From contig OZ059900.1 in assembly GCA_964057225.1 (NCBI GenBank), forward strand, positions 744,001 through 808,000: a DNA stretch of 64,000 nt, given 5' to 3'. This document shows positions 28,467 through 43,400 of this stretch, piece by piece. This stretch comes from Auanema rhodensis (lineage: Eukaryota; Animalia; Nematoda). The notes beneath the pieces were generated by a model. The model did no database searches, was not told where the DNA came from, and worked only from the letters and a program-made list of their open reading frames with translations. Both the position numbers and the translations under genes were made by a program. Every line of letters begins with the position of its first letter. Position 1 is the stretch's first letter.

Positions 28467-31400
28467 AATAGCATTACTACACTAAGTATGGTCGTTTTTA
28501 TGCCTTTAACACCATATACTCACCGATTTTTGGTACAAAATCTGTAATACTCGTAAATTTTGATCATATTCGTTAAGATTTGAGAATCAAACACACAATA
28601 CACAAAATCAGTCTATTTTTATGAGCTTGCACTGATATATATTCATTTTGATCAAAAAAGGTCGAAAATAGAAAGAATTTTTGAAATTTCCGAGTTTTGA
28701 GTCTAATTTGGCTAAATCGCTCATATATATGATCAGAAGCATAGTTTTATTGTCTATGACAACAAAAATCATCAATTAAACGCTAGTGATGTTTAAATAC
28801 TGATTTTCGCTCAAATAGCATTACTACACTAAGTATGGTCGTTTTTATGCCTTTAACACCATATACTCACCGATTTTTGGTACAAAATCTGTAATACTCG
28901 TAAATTTTGATCATATTTGTTAAGATTTGAGAATCAAACACACAATACACAAAATCAGTCTATTTTTATGAGTTTACACTGATATATATTCATTTTCATC
29001 AAAAAAGGTCGAAAATAGAAAGAATTTTTGAATTTTCCGAGTTTTGAGTCGAATTGGGCTAAATCGCTCATATATATGATCAAAAGCATAGTTTTACTGT
29101 CTATGATAACAAAAGTCTTTAAATATACACTAATAATGATTAAATCACTGAATTTCACTCAATTAGCATTACTACACTAAGTATGGTCGTTTTTATGCCT
29201 TTAACACCATATACTCACCGATTTTTGGTACAAAATCTGTAATACTTGTAAATTTTGATCATATTTGTTAAGATTCGAGAATCAAACACATAATACACAA
29301 AATAAGTCTATTTTTACAAGTTTGCACTGATATTTATTCATTTTGATCAAAAAAGGTCGAAAATAGAAAGAATTTTTGAAATTTCCGAGTTTTGAGTCCA
29401 ATTTGGCTAAATCGCTCATATATATGATCAAAAGCATAGTTTTATTGTCTATAACAACAAAAGTCATCAATTAAACGCTAGTGATGTTTAAATACTGAAT
29501 TTCGCTCAAATAGCATTACTACACTAAGTATGGTCGTTTTTATGCCTTTAACACCATATACTCACCGATTTTTGGTACAAAATCTGTAATACTCGTAAAT
29601 TTTGATCATATTCGTTAAGATTTGAGAATCAAACATACAATACACAAAATCAGTCTATTTTTATGAGCTTGCACTGATATATATTCATTTTGATCAAAAA
29701 AGGTCGAAAATAGAAAGAATTTTTGAAATTTCCGAGTTTTGAGTCTAATTTGGCTAAATCGCTCATATATAAGATCAGAAGCATAGTTTTATTGTCTATG
29801 ACAACAAAAATCATCAATTAAACGCTAGTGATGTTTAAATACTGATTTTCGCTCAAATAGCATTACTACACTAAGTATGGTCGTTTTTATGCCTTTAACA
29901 CCATATACTCACCGATTTTTGGTACAAAATCTGTAATACTCGTAAATTTTGATCATATTCGTTAAGATTTGAAAATCAAACACACAATAAACAAAATCAG
30001 TCTATTTTTATGAGTTTGCACTGATATATATTCATTTTGATCAAAAAAGGTCGAAAATAGAAAGAATTTTTGAATTTTCCGAGTTTTGAGTCCAATTGGG
30101 CTAAATCGCTCATATATATAATCAAAAGCATAGTTTTACTGTCTATGATAACAAAAGTCATCAATTAAACGCTAGTGATGTTTAAATACTGATTTTCGCT
30201 CAAATAGCATTACTACACTAAGTATGGTCGTTTTTATGCCTTTAACACCATATACTCACCGATTTTTGGTACAAAATCTGTAATACTCGTAAATTTTGAT
30301 CATATTTGTTAAGATTTGAGAATCAAACACACAATACACAAAATCAGTCTATTTTTATGAGTTTACACTGATATATATTCATTTTCATCAAAAAAGGTCG
30401 AAAATAGAAAGAATTTTTGAATTTTCCGAGTTTTGAGTCGAATTGGGCTAAATCGCTCATATATATGATCAAAAGCATAGTTTTACTGTCTATGATAACA
30501 AAAGTCTTCAAATATACACTAATAATGATTAAATCACTGAATTTCACTCAATTAGCATTACTACACTAAGTATGGTCGTTTTTATGCCTTTAACACCATA
30601 TACTCACCGATTTTTGGTACAAAATCTGTAATACTTGTAAATTTCGATCATATTTGTTAAGATTCGAGAATCAAACACATAATACACAAAATAAGTCTAT
30701 TTTTACAAGTTTGCACTGATATTTATTCATTTTGATCAAAAAAGGTCGAAAATAGAAAGAATTTTTGAAATTTCCGAGTTTTGAGTCCAATTTGGCTAAA
30801 TCGCTCATATATATGATCAAAAGCATAGTTTTATTGTCTATAACAACAAAAGTCATCAATTAAACGCTAGTGATGTTTAAATACTGAATTTCGCTCAAAT
30901 AGCATTACTACACTAAGTATGGTCGTTTTTATGCCTTTAACACCATATACTCACCGATTTTTGGTACAAAATCTGTAATACTCGTAAATTTTGATCATAT
31001 TCGTTAAGATTTGAGAATCAAACATACAATACACAAAATCAGTCTATTTTTATGAGCTTGCACTGATATATATTCATTTTGATCAAAAAAGGTCGAAAAT
31101 AGAAAGAATTTTTGAAATTTCCGAGTTTTGAGTCTAATTTGGCTAAATCGCTCATATATAAGATCAGAAGCATAGTTTTATTGTCTATGACAACAAAAAT
31201 CATCAATTAAACGCTAGTGATGTTTAAATACTGATTTTCGCTCAAATAGCATTACTACACTAAGTATGGTCGTTTTTATGCCTTTAACACCATATACTCA
31301 CCGATTTTTGGTACAAAATCTGTAATACTCGTAAATTTTGATCATATTCGTTAAGATTTGAAAATTAAACACACAATAAACAAAATCAGTCTATTTTTAT

Positions 31401-34400
31401 GAGTTTGCACTGATATATATTCATTTTGATCAAAAAAGGTCGAAAATAGAAAGAATTTTTGAATTTTCCGAGTTTTGAGTCCAATTGGGCTAAATCGCTC
31501 ATATATATAATCAAAAGCATAGTTTTACTGTCTATGATAACAAAAGTCATCAATTAAACGCTAGTGATGTTTAAATCACTGAATTTCACTCAAATAGCAT
31601 TACTACACTAAGTATGGTCGTTTTTATGCCTTTAACACCATATACTCACCGATTTTTGGTACAAAATCTGTAATACTCGTAAATTTCGATCATATTCGTT
31701 AAGATTCGAGAATCAAACACACAATACACGAAATAAGTTTATTTTTACGAGTTTGCACTGATATTTATTCATTTTGATCAAAAAAGGTCGAAAATAGAAA
31801 GAATTTTTGAATTTTCCGAGTTTTGAGTCCAATTGGGCTAAATCGCTCATATATATGATCAAAAGCATAGTTTCACTGTCTATGATAACAAAAGTCTTCA
31901 AATATACACTAGTAATGATTAAATCACTGAATTTCACTCAAATAGCTTTACTACACTAAGTATGGTCGTTTTTATGCCTTTAACACCATATACTCACCGA
32001 TTTTTGGTACAAAATCTGTAATACTCGTAAATTTTGATCATATCCGTTAAGATTCGAGAATCAAACACACAATACACGAAATAAGTTTATTTTTACGAGT
32101 TTGCACTGATATTTATTCATTTTGATCAAAAAAGGTCGAAAATAGAAAGAATTTTTGAATTTTCCGAGTTTTGAGTCCAATTGGGCTAAATCGCTCATAT
32201 ATATGATCAAAAGCATAGTTTCACTGTCTATGATAACAAAAGTCTTCAAATATACACTAGTAATGATTAAATCACTGAATTTCACTCAAATAGCATTACT
32301 ACACTAAGTATGGTCGTTTTTATGCCTTTAACACCATATACTCACCGATTTTTGGTACAAAATCTGTAATACTCGTAAATTTTGATCATATTCGTTAAGA
32401 TTTGAGAATCAAACACACAATAAACAAAATCAGTCTATTTTTATGAGTTTGCACTGATATATATTCATTTTGATCAAAAAAGGTCGAAAATAGAAAGAAT
32501 TTTTGAATTTTCCGAGTTTTGAGTCCAATTGGGCTAAATCGCTCATATATATAATCAAAAGCATAGTTTTACTGTCTATGATAACAAAAGTCATCAATTA
32601 AACGCTAGTGATGTTTAAATCACTGAATTTCACTCAAATAGCATTACTACACTAAGTATGGTCGTTTTTATGCCTTTAACACCATATACTCACCGATTTT
32701 TGGTACAAAATCTGTAATACTCGTAAATTTCGATCATATTCGTTAAGATTCGAGAATCAAACACACAATACACGAAATAAGTTTATTTTTACGAGTTTGC
32801 ACTGATATTTATTCATTTTGATCAAAAAAGGTCGAAAATAGAAAGAATTTTTGAATTTTCCGAGTTTTGAGTCCAATTGGGCTAAATCGCTCATATATAT
32901 GATCAAAAGCATAGTTTCACTGTCTATGATAACAAAAGTCTTCAAATATACACTAGTAATGATTAAATCACTGAATTTCACTCAAATAGCTTTACTACAC
33001 TAAGTATGGTCGTTTTTATGCCTTTAACACCATATACTCACCGATTTTTGGTACAAAATCTGTAATACTCGTAAATTTTGATCATATCCGTTAAGATTCG
33101 AGAATCAAACACACAATACACGAAATAAGTTTATTTTTACGAGTTTGCACTGATATTTATTCATTTTGATCAAAAAAGGTCGAAAATAGAAAGAATTTTT
33201 GAATTTTCCGAGTTTTGAGTCCAATTGGGCTAAATCGCTCATATATATGATCAAAAGCATAGTTTCACTGTCTATGATAACAAAAGTCTTCAAATATACA
33301 CTAGTAATGATTAAATCACTGAATTTCACTCAAATAGCATTACTACACTAAGTATGGTCGTTTTTATGCCTTTAACACCATATACTCACCGATTTTTGGT
33401 ACAAAATCTGTAATACTTGTAAATTTTGATCATATTCGTTAAGATTTGAGAATAAAACACATAATACACGAAATAAGTCTTTTTTTACAAGTTTGCACTG
33501 ATATTTATTCATTTTGATCAAAAAAGGTCGAAAATAGAAAGAATTTTTGAAATTTCCGAGTTTTGAGTCCAATTTGGCTAAATCGCTCATATATATGATC
33601 AAAAGCATAGTTCTATTGTCTATAACAACAAAAGTCTTTAATTAAACGCTAGTGATGTTTTAATACTGAATTTCGCTCAAATAGCATTACTACACTAAGT
33701 ATGGTCGTTTTTATGCCTTTAACACCATATACTCACCGATTTTTGGTACAAAATCTGTAATACTTGTAAATTTTGATCATATTCGTTAAGATTCGAAAAT
33801 CAAACACACAATACACGAAATAAGTTTATTTTTACAAGTTTGCACTGATATTTATTCATTTTGATCAAAAAAGGTCGAAAATAGAAAGAATTTTTGAAAT
33901 TTCCGAGTTTTGAGTCTAATTTGGCTAAATCGCTCATATATATGATCAGAAGCATAAGTGTATTGTCTATGACAACAAAAGTCATTATTTAAACACTAAT
34001 GATGTTTAAATCACTAAATTTCGCTCTAATAGCATTACTACACTAAGTATGGTCGTTTTTATGCCTTTAACACCATATACTCACCGATTTTTGGTACAAA
34101 ATCTGTAATACTCGTAAATTTTGATCATATTCGTTAAGATTTGAGAATCAAACACACAATACACAAAATCAGTCTATTTTTATGAGCTTGCACTGATATA
34201 TATTCATTTTGATCAAAAAAGGTCGAAAATAGAAAGAATTTTTGAAATTTCCGAGTTTTGAGTCTAATTTGGCTAAATCGCTCATATATATGATCAGAAG
34301 CATAGTTTTATTGTCTATGACAACAAAAATCATCAATTAAACGCTAGTGATGTTTAAATACTGATTTTCGCTCAAATAGCATTACTACACTAAGTATGGT

Positions 34401-37400
34401 CGTTTTTATGCCTTTAACACCATATACTCACCGATTTTTGGTACAAAATCTGTAATACTCGTAAATTTTGATCATATTTGTTAAGATTTGAGAATCAAAC
34501 ACACAATACACAAAATCAGTCTATTTTTATGAGTTTACACTGATATATATTCATTTTCATCAAAAAAGGTCGAAAATAGAAAGAATTTTTGAATTTTCCG
34601 AGTTTTGAGTCGAATTGGGCTAAATCGCTCATATATATGATCAAAAGCATAGTTTTACTGTCTATGATAACAAAAGTCTTTAAATATACACTAATAATGA
34701 TTAAATCACTGAATTTCACTCAATTAGCATTACTACACTAAGTATGGTCGTTTTTATGCCTTTAACACCATATACTCACCGATTTTTGGTACAAAATCTG
34801 TAATACTTGTAAATTTTGATCATATTTGTTAAGATTCGAGAATCAAACACATAATACACAAAATAAGTCTATTTTTACAAGTTTGCACTGATATTTATTC
34901 ATTTTGATCAAAAAAGGTCGAAAATAGAAAGAATTTTTGAAATTTCCGAGTTTTGAGTCCAATTTGGCTAAATCGCTCATATATATGATCAAAAGCATAG
35001 TTTTATTGTCTATAACAACAAAAGTCATCAATTAAACGCTAGTGATGTTTAAATACTGAATTTCGCTCAAATAGCATTACTACACTAAGTATGGTCGTTT
35101 TTATGCCTTTAACACCATATACTCACCGATTTTTGGTACAAAATCTGTAATACTCGTAAATTTTGATCATATTCGTTAAGATTTGAGAATCAAACATACA
35201 ATACACAAAATCAGTCTATTTTTATGAGCTTGCACTGATATATATTCATTTTGATCAAAAAAGGTCGAAAATAGAAAGAATTTTTGAAATTTCCGAGTTT
35301 TGAGTCTAATTTGGCTAAATCGCTCATATATAAGATCAGAAGCATAGTTTTATTGTCTATGACAACAAAAATCATCAATTAAACGCTAGTGATGTTTAAA
35401 TACTGATTTTCGCTCAAATAGCATTACTACACTAAGTATGGTCGTTTTTATGCCTTTAACACCATATACTCACCGATTTTTGGTACAAAATCTGTAATAC
35501 TCGTAAATTTTGATCATATTCGTTAAGATTTGAAAATCAAACACACAATAAACAAAATCAGTCTATTTTTATGAGTTTGCACTGATATATATTCATTTTG
35601 ATCAAAAAAGGTCGAAAATAGAAAGAATTTTTGAATTTTCCGAGTTTTGAGTCCAATTGGGCTAAATCGCTCATATATATAATCAAAAGCATAGTTTTAC
35701 TGTCTATGATAACAAAAGTCATCAATTAAACGCTAGTGATGTTTAAATACTGATTTTCGCTCAAATAGCATTACTACACTAAGTATGGTCGTTTTTATGC
35801 CTTTAACACCATATACTCACCGATTTTTGGTACAAAATCTGTAATACTCGTAAATTTTGATCATATTTGTTAAGATTTGAGAATCAAACACACAATACAC
35901 AAAATCAGTCTATTTTTATGAGTTTACACTGATATATATTCATTTTCATCAAAAAAGGTCGAAAATAGAAAGAATTTTTGAATTTTCCGAGTTTTGAGTC
36001 GAATTGGGCTAAATCGCTCATATATATGATCAAAAGCATAGTTTTACTGTCTATGATAACAAAAGTCTTCAAATATACACTAATAATGATTAAATCACTG
36101 AATTTCACTCAATTAGCATTACTACACTAAGTATGGTCGTTTTTATGCCTTTAACACCATATACTCACCGATTTTTGGTACAAAATCTGTAATACTTGTA
36201 AATTTCGATCATATTTGTTAAGATTCGAGAATCAAACACATAATACACAAAATAAGTCTATTTTTACAAGTTTGCACTGATATTTATTCATTTTGATCAA
36301 AAAAGGTCGAAAATAGAAAGAATTTTTGAAATTTCCGAGTTTTGAGTCCAATTTGGCTAAATCGCTCATATATATGATCAAAAGCATAGTTTTATTGTCT
36401 ATAACAACAAAAGTCATCAATTAAACGCTAGTGATGTTTAAATACTGAATTTCGCTCAAATAGCATTACTACACTAAGTATGGTCGTTTTTATGCCTTTA
36501 ACACCATATACTCACCGATTTTTGGTACAAAATCTGTAATACTCGTAAATTTTGATCATATTCGTTAAGATTTGAGAATCAAACATACAATACACAAAAT
36601 CAGTCTATTTTTATGAGCTTGCACTGATATATATTCATTTTGATCAAAAAAGGTCGAAAATAGAAAGAATTTTTGAAATTTCCGAGTTTTGAGTCTAATT
36701 TGGCTAAATCGCTCATATATAAGATCAGAAGCATAGTTTTATTGTCTATGACAACAAAAATCATCAATTAAACGCTAGTGATGTTTAAATACTGATTTTC
36801 GCTCAAATAGCATTACTACACTAAGTATGGTCGTTTTTATGCCTTTAACACCATATACTCACCGATTTTTGGTACAAAATCTGTAATACTCGTAAATTTT
36901 GATCATATTCGTTAAGATTTGAAAATTAAACACACAATAAACAAAATCAGTCTATTTTTATGAGTTTGCACTGATATATATTCATTTTGATCAAAAAAGG
37001 TCGAAAATAGAAAGAATTTTTGAATTTTCCGAGTTTTGAGTCCAATTGGGCTAAATCGCTCATATATATAATCAAAAGCATAGTTTTACTGTCTATGATA
37101 ACAAAAGTCATCAATTAAACGCTAGTGATGTTTAAATCACTGAATTTCACTCAAATAGCATTACTACACTAAGTATGGTCGTTTTTATGCCTTTAACACC
37201 ATATACTCACCGATTTTTGGTACAAAATCTGTAATACTCGTAAATTTCGATCATATTCGTTAAGATTCGAGAATCAAACACACAATACACGAAATAAGTT
37301 TATTTTTACGAGTTTGCACTGATATTTATTCATTTTGATCAAAAAAGGTCGAAAATAGAAAGAATTTTTGAATTTTCCGAGTTTTGAGTCCAATTGGGCT

Positions 37401-39727
37401 AAATCGCTCATATATATGATCAAAAGCATAGTTTCACTGTCTATGATAACAAAAGTCTTCAAATATACACTAGTAATGATTAAATCACTGAATTTCACTC
37501 AAATAGCTTTACTACACTAAGTATGGTCGTTTTTATGCCTTTAACACCATATACTCACCGATTTTTGGTACAAAATCTGTAATACTCGTAAATTTTGATC
37601 ATATCCGTTAAGATTCGAGAATCAAACACACAATACACGAAATAAGTTTATTTTTACGAGTTTGCACTGATATTTATTCATTTTGATCAAAAAAGGTCGA
37701 AAATAGAAAGAATTTTTGAATTTTCCGAGTTTTGAGTCCAATTGGGCTAAATCGCTCATATATATGATCAAAAGCATAGTTTCACTGTCTATGATAACAA
37801 AAGTCTTCAAATATACACTAGTAATGATTAAATCACTGAATTTCACTCAAATAGCATTACTACACTAAGTATGGTCGTTTTTATGCCTTTAACACCATAT
37901 ACTCACCGATTTTTGGTACAAAATCTGTAATACTCGTAAATTTTGATCATATTCGTTAAGATTTGAGAATCAAACACACAATAAACAAAATCAGTCTATT
38001 TTTATGAGTTTGCACTGATATATATTCATTTTGATCAAAAAAGGTCGAAAATAGAAAGAATTTTTGAATTTTCCGAGTTTTGAGTCCAATTGGGCTAAAT
38101 CGCTCATATATATAATCAAAAGCATAGTTTTACTGTCTATGATAACAAAAGTCATCAATTAAACGCTAGTGATGTTTAAATCACTGAATTTCACTCAAAT
38201 AGCATTACTACACTAAGTATGGTCGTTTTTATGCCTTTAACACCATATACTCACCGATTTTTGGTACAAAATCTGTAATACTCGTAAATTTCGATCATAT
38301 TCGTTAAGATTCGAGAATCAAACACACAATACACGAAATAAGTTTATTTTTACGAGTTTGCACTGATATTTATTCATTTTGATCAAAAAAGGTCGAAAAT
38401 AGAAAGAATTTTTGAATTTTCCGAGTTTTGAGTCCAATTGGGCTAAATCGCTCATATATATGATCAAAAGCATAGTTTCACTGTCTATGATAACAAAAGT
38501 CTTCAAATATACACTAGTAATGATTAAATCACTGAATTTCACTCAAATAGCTTTACTACACTAAGTATGGTCGTTTTTATGCCTTTAACACCATATACTC
38601 ACCGATTTTTGGTACAAAATCTGTAATACTCGTAAATTTTGATCATATCCGTTAAGATTCGAGAATCAAACACACAATACACGAAATAAGTTTATTTTTA
38701 CGAGTTTGCACTGATATTTATTCATTTTGATCAAAAAAGGTCGAAAATAGAAAGAATTTTTGAATTTTCCGAGTTTTGAGTCCAATTGGGCTAAATCGCT
38801 CATATATATGATCAAAAGCATAGTTTCACTGTCTATGATAACAAAAGTCTTCAAATATACACTAGTAATGATTAAATCACTGAATTTCACTCAAATAGCA
38901 TTACTACACTAAGTATGGTCGTTTTTATGCCTTTAACACCATATACTCACCGATTTTTGGTACAAAATCTGTAATACTTGTAAATTTTGATCATATTCGT
39001 TAAGATTTGAGAATAAAACACATAATACACGAAATAAGTCTTTTTTTACAAGTTTGCACTGATATTTATTCATTTTGATCAAAAAAGGTCGAAAATAGAA
39101 AGAATTTTTGAAATTTCCGAGTTTTGAGTCCAATTTGGCTAAATCGCTCATATATATGATCAAAAGCATAGTTCTATTGTCTATAACAACAAAAGTCTTT
39201 AATTAAACGCTAGTGATGTTTTAATACTGAATTTCGCTCAAATAGCATTACTACACTAAGTATGGTCGTTTTTATGCCTTTAACACCATATACTCACCGA
39301 TTTTTGGTACAAAATCTGTAATACTTGTAAATTTTGATCATATTCGTTAAGATTCGAAAATCAAACACACAATACACGAAATAAGTTTATTTTTACAAGT
39401 TTGCACTGATATTTATTCATTTTGATCAAAAAAGGTCGAAAATAGAAAGAATTTTTGAAATTTCCGAGTTTTGAGTCTAATTTGGCTAAATCGCTCATAT
39501 ATATGATCAGAAGCATAAGTGTATTGTCTATGACAACAAAAGTCATTATTTAAACACTAATGATGTTTAAATCACTAAATTTCGCTCTAATAGCATTACT
39601 ACACTAAGTATGGTCGTTTTTATGCCTTTAACACCATATACTCACCGATTTTTGGTACAAAATCTGTAATACTCGTAAATTTTGATCATATTCGTTAAGA
39701 TTTGAGAATCAAACACACAATACACAA
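28467..39727 (+). repeat. 16-monomer (5561-bp) tandem duplication, apparently identical copies
   Basis: All 10 ORF calls from 28955 to 33800 recur at +5561 with identical translations. Private variants GTCTTTAAATATAC, GAAAATTAAAC and GAATAAAACA each occur twice at that offset. Flanking mismatches at 28466/34027 and 34167/39728. Confidence 0.93.
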
Positions 39728-40440
39728 TATCAGTCTATTTTTATGAGCTTGCACTGATATATATTCATTTTGATCGAAAAAGGTCGAAAACAGAAAGAAT
39801 TTTTGAAATTTCCGAGTTTTGAGTCTAATTTGGCTAAATCGCTCATTTATATGATCAAAAGCATAGTTTTATTGTCTATGACAACAAAAGTCATCAATTA
39901 AACGCTAGTGATGTTTAAATACTGATTTTCGCTCAAATAGCATTACTACACTAAGTATGGTCGTTTTTATGCCTTTAACACCATATACTCACCGATTTTT
40001 GCTACAAAATCTGTAATACTTGTAAATTTTGATCATATTCGTTAAGATTCGAGAATCAAACACATAATACACGAAATAAGTCTAGTTTTATGAGTTTGCA
40101 CTGATATTTATTCATTTTGATCAAAAAAGGTCGAAAATAGAAAGAATTTTTGAATTTTCCGAGTTTTGAGTCCAATTGGGCTAAATCTCTCAAATATATG
40201 ATCAAAAGCATAGTTTTACTGTCTATGATAACAAAAGTCTTCAAATATACACTAATAATGTGTAAATCACTGAATTTCACTCAAATAGCATTACTACACT
40301 AAGTATGGTCGTTTTTATGCCTTTGACACCATATACTCACCGATTTTTGGTACAAAATCTGTAATACTTGTAAATTTTGATCATATTCGTTAAGATTCGA
40401 GAATCAAACACATGATACACGAAATAAGTCTAGTTTTATG

Positions 40441-43400
40441 AGTTTGCACTGATATTTATTCATTTTGATCAAAAAAGGTCGAAAATAGAAAGAATTTTTG
40501 AATTTTCCGAGTTTTGAGTCCAATTGGGCTAAATCTCTCATATATATGATCAAAAGCATAGTTTTACTGTCTATGATAACAAAAGTCTTCAAATATACAC
40601 TAATAATGTGTAAATCACTGAATTTCACTCAAATAGCATTACTACACTAAGTATGGTCGTTTTTATGCCTTTAACACCATATACTCACCGATTTTTGGTA
40701 CAAAATCTGTAATACTTGTAAATTTTGATCATATTTGTTAAGATTCGAGAATCGAACACATAATACACGAAATAAGTCTATTTTTACAAGTTTGCACTGA
40801 TATTTATTCATTTTGATCAAAAAAGGTCGAAAATAGAAAGAATTTTTGAAATTTCCGAGTTTTGAGTCCAATTTGGCTAAATCGCTCATATATAAGATCA
40901 AAAGCATAGTTTTATTGTCTATAACAACAAAAGTCATCAATTAAACGCTAGTGATATTTAAATACTGATTTTCGCTCAAATAGCATTACTACACTAAGTA
41001 TGGTCGTTTTTATGCCTTTAACACCATATACTCACCGATTTTTGGTACAAAATCTGTAATACTTGTAAATTTTGATCATATTCGTTAAGATTCGAAAATC
41101 AAACACACAATATACGAAATAAGTTTATTTTTACAAGTTTGCACTGATATTTATTCATTTTGATCAAAAAAGGTCGAAAATAGAAAGAATTTTTGAAATT
41201 TCCGAGTTTTGAGTCCAATTTGGCTAAATCGCTCATATATATGATCAAAAGCATAGTTCTATTGTCTATAACAACAAAAGTCTTTAATTAAACGCTAGTG
41301 ATGTTTTAATACTGAATTTCGCTCAAATAGCATTACTACACTAAGTATGGTCGTTTTTATGCCTTTAACACCATATACTCACCGATTTTTGGTACAAAAT
41401 CTGTAATACTTGTAAATTTTGATCATATTCGTTAAGATTCGAAAATCAAACACACAATACACGAAATAAGTTTATTTTTACAAGTTTGCACTGATATTTA
41501 TTCATTTTGATCAAAAAAGGTCGAAAATAGAAAGAATTTTTGAAATTTCCGAGTTTTGAGTCTAATTTGGCTAAATCGCTCATATATATGATCAGAAGCA
41601 TAAGTGTATTGTCTATGACAACAAAAGTCATTATTTAAACACTAATGATGTTTAAATCACTAAATTTCGCTCTAATAGCATTACTACACTAAGTATGGTC
41701 GTTTTTATGCCTTTAACACCATATACTCACCGATTTTTGGTACAAAATCTGTAATACTCGTAAATTTTGATCATATTCGTTAAGATTTGAGAATCAAACA
41801 CACAATACACAATATCAGTCTATTTTTATGAGCTTGCACTGATATATATTCATTTTGATCGAAAAAGGTCGAAAACAGAAAGAATTTTTGAAATTTCCGA
41901 GTTTTGAGTCTAATTTGGCTAAATCGCTCATTTATATGATCAAAAGCATAGTTTTATTGTCTATGACAACAAAAATCATCAATTAAACGCTAGTGATGTT
42001 TAAATACTGATTTTCGCTCAAATAGCATTACTACACAAAGTATGGTCGTTTTTATGCCTTTAACACCATATACTCACCGATTTTTGGTACAAAATCTGTA
42101 ATACTCGTAAAATTTGATCATATTTGTTAAGATTTGAGAATCAAACACACAATACACAAAATCAGTCTATTTTTATGAGTTTACACTGATATTTATTCAT
42201 TTTGATCAAAAAAGGTCGAAAATAGAAAGAATTTTTGAAATTTCCGAGTTTTGAGTCTAATTTGGCTAAATCGCTCATATATATGATCAGAAGCATAGTT
42301 TTATTGTCTATGACAACAAAAATCATCAATTAAACGCTAGTGATGTTTAAATACTGATTTTCGCTCAAATAGCATTACTACACAAAGTATGGTCGTTTTT
42401 ATGCCTTTAACACCATATACTCACCGATTTTTGCTACAAAATCTGTAATACTTGTAAATTTTGATCATATTCGTTAAGATTTGAGAATCAAACACATAAT
42501 ACACGAAATAAGTCTAGTTTTATGAGTTTGCACTGATATTTATTCATTTTGATCAAAAAAGGTCGAAAATAGAAAGAATTTTTGAATTTTCCGAGTTTTG
42601 AGTCCAATTGGGCTAAATCTCTCAAATATATGATCAAAAGCATAGTTTTACTGTCTATGATAACAAAAGTCTTCAAATATACACTAATAATGTGTAAATC
42701 ACTGAATTTCACTCAAATAGCATTACTACACTAAGTATGGTCGTTTTTATGCCTTTAACACCATATACTCACCGATTTTTGGTACAAAATCTGTAATACT
42801 TGTAAATTTTGATCATATTCGTTAAGATTCGAGAATCAAACACATAATACACGAAATAAGTCTAGTTTTATGAGTTTGCACTGATATTTATTCATTTTGA
42901 TCAAAAAAGGTCGAAAATAGAAAGAATTTTTGAATTTTCCGAGTTTTGAGTCCAATTGGGCTAAATCTCTCATATATATGATCAAAAGCATAGTTTTACT
43001 GTCTATGATAACAAAAGTCTTCAAATATACACTAATAATGTGTAAATCACTGAATTTCACTCAAATAGCATTACTACACTAAGTATGGTCGTTTTTATGC
43101 CTTTAACACCATATACTCACCGATTTTTGGTACAAAATCTGTAATACTTGTAAATTTTGATCATATTTGTTAAGATTCGAGAATCGAACACATAATACAC
43201 GAAATAAGTCTATTTTTACAAGTTTGCACTGATATTTATTCATTTTGATCAAAAAAGGTCGAAAATAGAAAGAATTTTTGAAATTTCCGAGTTTTGAGTC
43301 CAATTTGGCTAAATCGCTCATATATAAGATCAAAAGCATAGTTTTATTGTCTATAACAACAAAAGTCATCAATTAAACGCTAGTGATATTTAAATACTGA

